A stretch of DNA of 64,000 nucleotides from contig CM119371.1 in NCBI GenBank assembly GCA_051294905.1, positions 32,056,001-32,120,000 of the forward strand, given 5' to 3'. This stretch comes from Botryllus schlosseri (taxonomy: Eukaryota). The position numbers and the translations under genes are program-made. The notes beneath the pieces are model-generated. The model did no database searches. It was not told the DNA's origin and worked only from the letters and a program-made list of their open reading frames with translations. Shown piece after piece: positions 39,101 to 51,100 of the stretch (position 1 is the first letter of the stretch; the number at the start of each line of letters is the position of its first letter).

Positions 39101-42100
39101 AGTTCCAGTTGCAGTTCTAATTCTTGTTCTGGTTCTAATTCTAGTTCTAGTTCTAATTCTAATTCTAGCTCTGGTTCTAATTCTAGTTCTAGTTCTAATT
39201 CTAATTCTAGTTCTGGTTCTAATTCTAGTTCTAGTGTTAACCAGGGAGCAGTTATAAGTTATCGTTATAGTTCTAATTCTAGTTCTGGTTCTAGTCTTAG
39301 CAAGGTAATAGTTCAAGTTCCAGTTGCAGTTCTAATTCTTGTTCTGGTTCTAATTCTAGTTCTAGTTTTAATTCTAATTCTAGTTCTGGTTCTAATTCTA
39401 GTTCTAGTGTTAACCAGGGAGTAGTAATAAGATATCGTTATAGTTCTAATTCTAGTTCTGGTTCTAGTCTTAGCAAGGTAATAGTTCAAGTTCCAGTTGC
39501 AGTTCTAATTCTTGTTCTGGTTCTAATTCTAGTTCTAGTTTTAATTCTAATTCTAGTTCTGGTTCTAATTCTAGTTCTAGTGTTAACCAGGGAGCAGTTA
39601 TAAGTTATCGTTATAGTTCTAATTCTAGTTCTGGTTCTAGTCTTAGCAAGGTAATAGTTCAAGTTCCAGTTGCAGTTCTAATTCTTGTTCTGGTTCTAAT
39701 TCTAGTTTTAGTTCTAATTCTAATTCTAATTCTTGTTCTGGTTCTAATTCTAGTTCTAGTTCTAATTCTAATTCTAGGTCTGGTTCTAATTCTAGTTCTA
39801 GTGTTAACCAGGGAGTAGTTATAAGATATCGTTATAGTTCTAATTCTAGTTCTGGTTCTAGTCTTAGCAAGGTAATAGTTCAAGTTCCAGTTGCAGTTCC
39901 AATTCTTGTTCTGGTTCTAATTTTAGTTCTAGTTCTAATTCTAATTCTAGTTCTGGTTCTAATTCTAGTTCTAGTGTTAACCAGGGAGCAGTTATAAGTT
40001 ATCGTTATAGTTCTAATTCTAGTTCTGGTTCTAATTCTAGTTCTAGTGTAAACCAGGGAGCAGTTATAAGTTATCGTTATAGTTCTAACTCTAGTTCTGG
40101 TTCTAATTCTAGTTCTAGTGTTAACCAGGGAGCAGTTATAAGTTATCGTTATAGTTCTAATTCTAGTTCTGGTTCTAGTCTTAGCAAGATCTTAGTTCAA
40201 GTGGATTTTTGAAAATCGATGGGTACTAATTAGTTATATCAGTCGGGTTTAGTCATGATTAACATTCAGAATCACATAACGTCAGTTCAAATCTTCGCCG
40301 CCCAGGTCCAACCGCCCCGGCATACCTGCCAAAGCTCCCTCGTCGCTGCCGTCCGGGCAATCGTCCTCCTCGTCGCATTTCCAACTGAGCGGTATGCACC
40401 GGCCCATCCCGCATCGGAATTTGGTCGCGGAATCGCATTCCACGTACGCTGTGCAATAGAAAAACAATTGCATAAAAATATTGAAATTTTCTCGAGTATT
40501 CCTAGTTCTAGATTAAATTGCTCATTTTAAAAATTAGGCGGTTTTAGTTCTAGTTGCGAATTTTGAAAAGTGAGTAATTATAGTTCTGACTTTGTATTTA
40601 AAATTTTGAATATTGATTACGAGCGCCACTCTCAACTCTTCGAAACATTACCTGTCCACCAAGCCTGTCCCAAGTCTAGCCCTGACCAGGACTGGCTTGG
40701 TGAGACGATATTTTGTGAAGTAAATTGCGCTCGTAATGGCTATTCAAAATTTTGCCACACAGAAACTACGATGTGTTATTGGTACCGTAATTTTCCATGC
40801 CTGATACCCACCCTTAAAATGGCGTGTGGATTAGGGGTCTTTAAAAATGACCATTTTTCTCAAATCGTTCTGGCTACTTGATAAAATTGTTAGGTTACCT
40901 AATTGAAGCCTACGCACCAAATTTGGTTCAATTCCAACCAGTAACCGCTTTGCTACAGGAGAAGTAAGTTTCTATTTATGATACAAAAATAAATAATAAA
41001 AAATTGGAAAATTTTCTGTTCACCCTATGAAAATGTTAGGTTTTCTATAGAAACGATGTTCACCAAATTTGGTTCAATTCCAACCATTGCAAGCTGAGTT
41101 ATCGTCGTCGAAAAATTTGGATTTGAATAAAATAGTATTTACGGTGGGCACACTTATAATAAATAATTAAAGATTTGGTCACCGTAAATACTATTTTATT
41201 GATAATCCAAAGCTTTTCGACGGCAATAACTCCGCTTCCACTTGTTGGAATTGAACCAAATTTGGTGAACATCGTTTCTATACACAACCTAGCACTTTCA
41301 TGGGGTGAACAGAAAAATTGTCAAATTTTTTTTTAGTTATTTCTATATAATAGATACAAACTTTCTTCTCCTGTAGCAATGCTGCTACTGGCCGGAATTG
41401 AACCAAATTTGGCGTGCCGGCTTATATTAGGTAACCTAACAATTTTATCAAGTAGCCAGTACGATTTGAGAAAAACAGTCATTTTCGAACACTCCTAATG
41501 CGCCGCCCCTGATTTTAGGACAAAAAGCTGTAAAATTTTGCGCATTACACATGGAATTTCACAGTACATTTTACTTTACAAAATGTAGAAAAGTCAAAGA
41601 AACGCTCACTTCTTCAAATTTTTCCAAGAAGAACCTAATACCACCACAAGCCCTGCCCCGGATTAACCCCCAAAAGTGTACCCACAGCAATTCGCGTTCT
41701 CATCCGACCCGTCGTGGCAGTCCGCGTCGTGGTCGCACACCCAGTCCTCCGGGACACACCCGCCGTCTTCGCACAGAAACTGGTCGTCCCCGCACAGCCT
41801 CTTGCGCGATCGGCACAGCCCCTCGTCCTCGTCTTCGCCGGTACGGCCGCAGTCCACGTCCCCGTCGCAGACCCACGACTGCGGGATGCACAGGGACTCG
41901 GTGCACTTGAAGCGGTCCGGTCCGCAGGTCGAGTTTTCTGGGGGGGGAAATGGTTTTGAGTTTTGAAAAACGGATTTTCAAATCTTGAAGACTCTTGGAG
42001 GTACAGAACTTCAGTAAACGATTCCAAATTTTTTCGAAATTTTATTAGACTCAAACCTACGAAATCCGCAAACAAATTGAAATTGGATATTTTACAAATA

Positions 42101-45100
42101 GTCGCTAGAATAGGCAATGATACTAAGTTCACAGGCACCAGTGGTGATTCAAATTCATTCACAAGCCTGACAAAAACTAGCTATCATTCTAAAAGAGAGG
42201 TCTTGCTGCCTGCGTGTACCGGTCAAATTCTACAGACACAGCCCTAATACGCTGCTGGAAATACATACTGCAAAGAACGGGGTCTTCGTCGCTTTTGTCG
42301 GCGCAATCTTCCTCTCCGTCACACTTCCAGATGGCCATGATACAACGGCCGCTGTTGCACGCGAAATACGATTCGTCCTTACACACGGGAGGCGCCTTGT
42401 AGTTCTCAATATCTGCCAAGAACGTATCCGAAAGAAAACAATTAACGAACACAAATCTCCACTGGTATATACTGTGATTATTAGAGTGAATTTTTTTACC
42501 TAAAAAACGGAAGTTTTTGACCTAGAAAATCAGAATTTTGACATTTTTTGTCCTTAAAAATCTACATTTTGACAAGATTTTGACCTAACGCACGTAAATT
42601 AGGTGTTTTCTCACCTAGTGTTAAAACAGTACTGCTTATCTTCATCTCCGGTTGGAGCTGTCTGTCCTTACGAAGTAGTTTGGCGTGGAATCACTTTTTT
42701 GACTCAAAAACTGACAAATTTTTACAAGAAAAAACTTTATTTTAACAAAATCCGGCACTATGAAGAATTTCAGTAGTTACATCAAGTATTATGGTGGATA
42801 TAATTAAAAGGTGTTGTAGTGCAACTTAAGATGCTTTCCTACATTCTCGGGTAGAAAGTGTCTGTCCTTACTAAGTAGCTTGCCAAGAATGGAGAAAAAA
42901 CGTTCAACAGCAGCAGTTGTTGGCTGACAACACTCAATTTGCTGGTGACAAACCGTGTTGCTTCATTCTGACAATGGTGTATACATCACCATTTTTTCAT
43001 CATGCGCTTCTTAATATAAGAATGATGTAATGCACAAGCGGCCTTGCTTCAGTTGGGATATTGCGGTACGTTGAGCATAACACCATGTCTACCTATTTGT
43101 TTCATTTGACCGTTTATGATTAACAATGTGCAGACAATGAGCCGACTACAACAGTAGGCCCATCCTATAAAGTCGAAAAAATCGCCATAGTGATTATAAT
43201 CGATGGCAGAAAGCCGTCTGCGAAATTTCACCAGGCTACTCACCAACACAATGTGTGTCGTTCACAATTCTCTGCCCATCCGGACAATCGCATTTGTAGC
43301 CTACTTTAGTCGGGATAGGCAGGCAGAGATGGCTGCAGGGCCGCGTGCTGCACAGATTAGTGCCAGATCTTCTGTCCAGGTCAAACACCGACACCTAAAA
43401 AACAGGTAAACAATAATAATTGACCACGATAGGCACCATTATGTTTCAAATATTCTCCTTTCAACTGACTTGTTTTATTAGGCTAGATAAAAATAAAAAT
43501 AAATTTTTCCTAGCAATGCCTCTATAGGCTGGAATTGAGCCTAAATTGGTGTGCAGAGCGTTTTTAGGCAACGTAGCAATTTTATTAGTAACCTTGTAAA
43601 ATTTGAAAAAAAAAGTTATTTCTTGACACTTGAACAGCCATAGGCTCAGAGCCTTAACCAGAATTGTTGAAATACAGTAGCGTGAAAGTGATAGCAGTAT
43701 CTTTGCATACAAGCTAAAACCGTCATTTCTCACCCCGAAAAGCTGGGGCCCCACGAATTTCATGATGGACGAGTCCTTTTTGCCCAAGGCCTTGTTCGCG
43801 TTGTAGGCTGTCAGGTTGAGTCGCATTACGTAGCCTGTCCTGTATTCGGTCCAGTAAAGAAAATGGTGTTGTAGCTCGTTGTAGATGGCTATTCCGAACG
43901 GGTGGAGCAGGTCGTTGTTTGTAGAGTCGTATACAAGCTGCGAAAAAGGCGCAATTTCAATACAGCGCAAGAAAAAAGAGCTAATCCTAGGCCTAGACCA
44001 AAACAGGCCTAGGCTGACGTATTTTTTCAAGTTGAAAAGAGCTAGGCCTAACTCAGCCTAGGCCTACTTCACCCTTCCCTACTTCAGCCTAGGGCTGTTT
44101 TGACCATAGCTGAAGTAAGCCTACTTCTAATTTTTCGAAGTTTAGAAAATTTCGGCCTACTTCAGCCCAGGGCTGGTTTGACTTTGGCTACTGTAAGCCT
44201 AGTTCTGATTTATGGGAGATAGAAAGCCTGTCTACATCGGCTTAGGCCTATTTGAGCCTGGGGCTGCATTGACCTAGGCTGAAGTAAGCCTACTTCTAAT
44301 TTTTTGAAGTTTGGAAAATCTCGGCCTACTTCAGCCCAGGGATGGTTTGACTTAGGCTACTGTAGTCCTAGTTCTGATTTATGGGAGCTGGAAAGAACCC
44401 GGCCTACATCGACTTAGGCCTATTTGAGCCTGGGGCTGCATTGACCTAGGCTAAAGTAATCCTACTTATAATTTTTCGAAGTTTGAAAAATCTCGGCCTA
44501 CTTCAGCCCAGGGCTGGTTTGACTTTGGCTACTGTAGGCCTAGTTCTGATTTATGGGAGCTGGAAAGAACCCGGCCTACATCGACTTAGGCCTATTTGAG
44601 CCTGGGGCTGCATTGACCTAGGCTAAAGTAATCCTACTTATAATTTTTCGAAGTTTGAAAAATCTCGGCCTACTTCAGCCCAGGGCTGGTTTGACTTTGG
44701 CTACTATAGGCCTAGTTCTGGTTTATGGAAGATAGAAAGAACCCTGCCTACAATGGCTTAGGCCTATTTGAGCCTGGGGCTGCATTGAACTAGGCTGAAG
44801 TAAGCCTACTTCTAATTTTTGAAAGTCTTAAAAATCTCGGCATACTTCAGCCCAGGGATGGTTTGACATAGGCTACTGTAGTCCTAGTTCTGATTTATGG
44901 GAGCTGGAAAGAACCCGGCCTACATCGACTTAGGCCTATTTGAGCCTGGGGCTGCATTGACCTAGGCTAAAGTAATCCTACTTATAATTTTTCGAAGTTT
45001 GAAAAATCTCGGCCTACTTCAGCCCAGGGCTGGTTTGACTTTGGCTACTGTAGGCCTAGTTCTGGTTTATGGAAGATAGAAAGAACCCTGCCTACAATGG

Positions 45101-48100
45101 CTTAGGCCTATTTGAGCCTGGGGCTGCATTGACCTAGGCTGAAGTAAGCCTACTTCTAATTTTTAAAAGTCTTAAAAATCTTAGCCTACTTCAGCCCAGG
45201 GCTGGTTTGACTTAGGCTACTGTAGGCCGAGTTCTGATTTATTGGAGCCTATTTGAGCCTGGGGCTGCAGTGACCGAGGCTGAAGTAAGCCTACTTCTAA
45301 TTTTTTCAAGTTTGTAAAAACTCGTCCTAATTCGGCCGAAGCCTACTTCAGCCTAGGGATGGTTTGACTTAGGCTACTATAAGCCTAGTTCTGATTTATT
45401 GGAGTTAGAAAGAACTAGGCCTAAATCAGCTTAGGCCTACTTCAGCCTGAGGCTGCATTGACCTAGGCTGAAGTAAACCGACTTCTAATCTTTTGGAGTT
45501 AGAAAGAACTCAACCTAACTCAGCCTAGGCCTACTTCAGCCTTACCTACTTCATCCTAGGGCTGTTTTGACCTAAGCTGAAGTAGGTTAGGCGAAAATAG
45601 ACCAACTTCTATTTCGGGATTAGAGAGAATTAGGCCTACTTCAGCCAAAAAAAGCCAAAAGTATTACCAATGAAAGAATTGAACACCATAAATACTATTT
45701 TTTTCAAAAATTTTCAAACTCCAATAGTTTCGTTTCCACCAAATTTGGCGTGCAGCAGTTTTTTAGCCAATTTCATCGAACAGCCAGTGAAATTTGCGGA
45801 AAAACTATTTTTGAACAACCCTAACGAGCAGTCACTCAAAACGCTCCAAAACAATCTGCTACCTCTCGATGAAGCCCGTTAATATGAATTCTCTCAATAC
45901 GGTCGAAATATCCGTCCGCCCAGTACACGAAATTGGTCTTGTAGTCGATGGTCAGGCCGTTGGGCCAGAGCAGGCGTTGCCCCGACACGAACACGGTCCG
46001 GTTGGACCCGTCCATCCACGCGCGTTCTATCTGCCCGAACTTGGACCCCACGATCCTGTCTTTCCAGTCCGTCCAGAACATGACACTGGAGAACATCAAA
46101 AACAAGGCTTATGTTATTAAAAAATTTAAATTTGAAAGAATTATAAAAAAAAAATATTATTGTAAAAATAATGAAAAATATGGAAAAATTAGGATAATTG
46201 AAAATAACAAAAAGGTATTATTTCAATATAAAATTAACATTAGCAGTATATTTTGGCTTAAAATGCACCATTTCGGGTTGTCATATCATAGGATATTATG
46301 CATTGGAGGTGAAGTTGAGCAAGTTTGAAAACAATTCTAATTTTTGGATTTATTCGAGGATAAAGAATCCCAATATTGAACAATCGTATTCGAAGGCTAA
46401 AAGATGGTATCATTACTATCATTTCACAGAACCTCTGTCTTCCAAGGTTAAAAATACTAGAAAAAACTCATGTCACTGGACAAATTTCTTCAGTATTTAC
46501 ATTCAGAACTGTTTCAAGGTCAAATGGCTGCAAAATACGGGCAAAAATCACTAACAGGACACATTCCACCCAAAAAAAAATAGGGCAAACGCCATACGAC
46601 AAAACAATTGGGGTGTACTCACGCCTTGGCGGGATGTACCGCTATGGTTCTGATGTGGGTGACGTTGTTCCTCACGATAACTTTGCGTACGTGCGGGCCT
46701 GGATGGAAAATGAACATAAATTTTCGGAGCAAATACCAACTGAAAAATATCACATTTTTTGGCCGAAAACATTAACATGAGGAACAAATCTTTGCCGATA
46801 AACCGATAAATCGTGTCAAAATAAGGTGTATTTCAAGTAGAACGCCTGATCAACGACACTTATCTGAAAACTGCATCCCATATCAACTTCAATATTTACA
46901 GTAGATTATTTCCATTATTGGGGTCGTGAAATAATTTTGAATATATACATCTCACATTTGTCAGGGGTAATCGTCAGTAACCAGTAGAGAATTGGAAAGC
47001 ACATTGTATATCGGCAATTATACAAAATATGACGTCACCAGCGTGAAATTTCCAATAATTGGCGCGAGCAGATGGCTTAAGCTCAATGCGCTAATTTCAC
47101 AGTGTACTACTATACACTGCTTCTGTTGACGCATACTAGGTTGGCAGATTTTGATAAGGGCCAGTGTTTCTAAATTCCAAAACCCCAAATTAAGGAATAA
47201 TCTTCGTATCCAAATTTTTCAAAGACAATTTGCAGAAAATCTCGAGAAATTGGTATTTTTCAACGAAGAAAATGGAGGACATATCCTTGAATTACGATTT
47301 TTTAAAACCAAATCGGGCTCGATTACAGAGTAATACAAACCTTCTGGCCTTGGCGTGGCCCCGTTTGGAGTGGTTAGATTCGTGACCGATATGGTCTTGG
47401 ACCCGTCGTCGGTCCAATACAGATTGCCGCTCATCCAGTCCACGGCCAGGCCCTCGCAAGCGTGGACCCCGGATTTGAAGAGGACCTGAGATAAGAGACT
47501 TTCAGTAAATATTCAGTCGTTACGCCAGAAAGAAAAAAAATGGATTGAAAAAAAAATTGAAATTTAAAAATTTTAATATAATCTATATAATTCATAACTC
47601 ACGTCGTCCATCAAATTCCCGATTTTTCTCTGCGCGATCACAAGCCTCGAAGTATCAGAAAATACGATCCAACGGTTGCCCGCGGTGTCACTGAACAGAA
47701 ATATCACATATAGAATAATATATCGATAATAAAATAAACAATGATATTTCCTCGTAATATTTGGAAAAAAAAGTGTGTAGCTATGATTCTAATTCTAGTC
47801 TAATTTGGAAAAAAGACTTTGTAGTTATAATTATAATTCTAGTCTGATTTAGAAAGAAACTTTGTAGTAGTTATAATTCGGATTATAGTGTGATTTGTAA
47901 AAAAGACTTTAGCTATAATTCTAATTCTAGTTTACTTTGGAAAAAAGCTGGTTATAATTCTAATTCTAGTCTAATTTGGAGAAAAACTTTGTAGTCAGAA
48001 TTATAATCCAAGTCGGATTTAGAAAGAAACTTTGTAGCGGTCATAATTATAATTATAGTGTAATTTGTAAAAAGACTGTAGCTGTAATTCTAGTTCTAGT

Positions 48101-51100
48101 CTACTTTGGAAAAAAACTAGTTATAATTCTAATTCTAGTATAATTTGGAAAAAAAAGTGTGTAGCTATGATTCTAATTGTAGACTAATTTGGAAAAGAAA
48201 CTATATAGTTGATATTCTAATTCTTGCATAATTTGTACCGAGACTATGTAGCTACGATTCTAATTTGGAATAAAATTTTGTAGTTATAATTCTAACTCCA
48301 GTCTAGTCCAGTCCAATTTGGAAAAAACTGTGTGGTTATGATTCTAATTCCACACTAATTGATTTAATTTGGAAAAAAAAAACTATATAGTTAAAACTGT
48401 AATTCTTGCGTACTTTGGAAAAAGACTCTGCAGCCATGATTCTAATTCTAGTCTAGTCTAATCTGGAACAAAACTTTGTAGTTATAATTCTAATTCCAGT
48501 CTATTTTAGAAAAAAACTGTAGTTATAATTCTAATTCTAGCCTAATTCGTAAAAAGACCGTGGTTATAATTCTAATTCTGGTCTACTTTGAAAAAAATGT
48601 AGTAGTAGTTCTAATTCTAATTGTAGTCTAATTTCAAAAAAAAAAAAACTATGCGGTTACAATTGTAATTCTTGCGTAATTTGGAAAGAGACTATGTAGC
48701 TTTAATTCTATTTCTCAAAAAAAAACAGAACCGCTATCATACTTGTAATAGTCGATGGCTTTCGGCGTCTGTAAATTCTCGATAGGAACCATCGGCTCGA
48801 CGGCTTGCGATTTTCGCAGTAAGTTGATGGCTTTGATCTCTCCCGGCATCGATTTTCCGAACAGCAGGAATTTCTCTTCGTCTTTTGGCTCTGCAAAGTA
48901 GTATATTCAATATTCCGTACATAGCAATAGTCACTAGGCGTTGAAGGCACACTATATCTATTCAATAACCTATGTATTCCTACAGAAATATCGCAAATAT
49001 ATTGCCTCAAAAAGGCCTATAGTCCATGTCCCCACAAAAAAGTTAATTCACAATTCGATGTAACAGACAGACAAGAAAGCCCACTCACTTTGGCAAGTGA
49101 CTCCGTCGTCCAGCAACACGTAACCGGCCCTGCATCGGCAACTGCCGTGGCGCGAGCTATTCCCTAGCAGGCACAGCTGGTCGCACTCTACCCGCTTGCA
49201 ATAGTTGTCTTCATCTGGTACTGTAAAGAAAGTTTAATAATAATCTTCGGCTGACACTCGTCAGGGGTAATCGTCAGCGACTAGCAGAGCATCGGAAAGA
49301 ACATTGTATATCAACAGCATATCCACATATAACTGTAGGCTACTTTTAAATAATTTGGTACAACCCCAGCAGCATTGTGACATAGTCCAAAGAAAACCAT
49401 CGTCTCGACGAAATTCAAAAAATAACGTGTCAAACCTAAAAAGTATTTCAAAATTTGATGCTTGGTTTATCTCATAAATGGACAAGCATCTAACTCCTTC
49501 TATTTCGCAGCCGAGATATAAAATTTTAATACCGTAAACCGGGGTAACTTTTGGACTTGAGGGTAACTTTGGGCATGTAGCAGTGAAACATTTAAACGGT
49601 TATTGATGGATAGGGGTTGCCGCTGGATATCCAATTCTTTTCCATGAGGCAACGGTACCGCAAGTAGCCTCAATAAAACGTGGATTCATTTCACTACCAG
49701 ATTAACATGACCCAACATTGATAAATTAATGGCGGGGGGGTCGAGGTCATCAAAATTGACGGTCATTGTGAATCTTACTACCAAGCATAGATAGCGTGCG
49801 AGTCATAGATTCAAAACTTGGCAGCAGATACCTCTAAGCAGTCTTAACTCGTGGCAAAAATCTCGGCGCTTCTTCGATATACGCCCGAGATCAAAACAGT
49901 GTTCCCCATGACACCCGTAAATGTTTCCGCATGAACACGATAAAATTTTATAAACGCCGAAATATTTTTTTGCATTTGAATAGACGGATATCAGGGTTGG
50001 GGAATGGAGATATTGGTGTTGAATGTGGGTTAGGGTCAAAGTTTGGGTTAGGGTATCCCAAGATTACGGTTGGGGGAGGGGGTAATAGGGAAGAGGAAGG
50101 AGGGATATTAGGGTTGGATGTGGGTTAGGGTCAAAGTTGAGGTTAGGGTATCCCAAGTTTAGGGTTGGGGCCTGAGGGAGAGGGGGATACTAGGGTTGGG
50201 GAGGGGTATTAGGGTTGGATGTGGGTTAGGGTTAAGGTTGGGGTCAAAGTTTAGGTTGGTGTATCCCTAACCCACATTCAACCCCCTCCCCCAACCGTAA
50301 TATTGGGACACCCTAACCTTAACTTTGACCCTTACCCTCCCACATCCAACTCCAAGACCCCCCTCCCCCAACCAGAATATACCCATTCCCCAACCCTAAT
50401 CCTGGGATATCCCAACCTCAACTTTGACCCTAACTCTAACCCACATCCAACTCTTATACCCCTCCCCCAACCCTAATATACCCCTTCCCCAACCCTAATC
50501 TTTGGATACCCTAACCCCAACTTTTACCCTAACCCACATCCAACCCTAATATCCCTCCATCCTCTTTCCTAATACCCTCTGCCCCAACCCTAATCTTGGG
50601 ATACCCTAACCCCAACCCACCTCCAACCCTAATATATGTCTCTCCAAAGGCAAAAAAACAATTTATTTTGACGTTTATAAAATTGTATCGTGCTCATGGG
50701 AAGCACTTGCTGGTGCTACGTGAAACACTGTTTCGATCTCGGGCGTATATCGAAGAAGCGCCAAAATCTCAGCGCGCTCGCCCTCTGGATAAATACGAGA
50801 AAATGTGATGTCCAAAGTTACTCCATCAAGCTTTGGACAGTGGAACATGTGATATTTAGAGCTCTGGAAAGTGGCTGCTTCATCTGCGTCAAAGTTTATC
50901 GTCTACTATGCTCGTTATGACCTGACAGATGGTTTTTTAAAATGGAATGAGACGGTTAATGAGTACAGAGTTTGCCAAAATATGAAAAAATGGGTAGGCA
51001 ATAAGCGGGTGGTAGCTACTTCAAAAACATGTCGCACACTCTTAGCATTTCCAAGATGCAAAGCAAAATACTGAAAAATTGTCCAGAGTTACCGAGGTTC

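Noticed and set aside
39098..39883. [10 protein letters not shown] ORFs
   Set aside because: They are translations of the (TTCTAG/TTCTAA)n hexamer repeat.
41551..41981. Several overlapping ORFs on both strands
   Set aside because: They are shadow frames of the GC-rich LRP1 exon 41686-41937.
49990..50630. Ancient telomere-telomere chromosome fusion site
   Set aside because: The inverted arrays lie inside a TIR element with an 8-bp TSD, and LRP1 exons continue collinearly on both sides.
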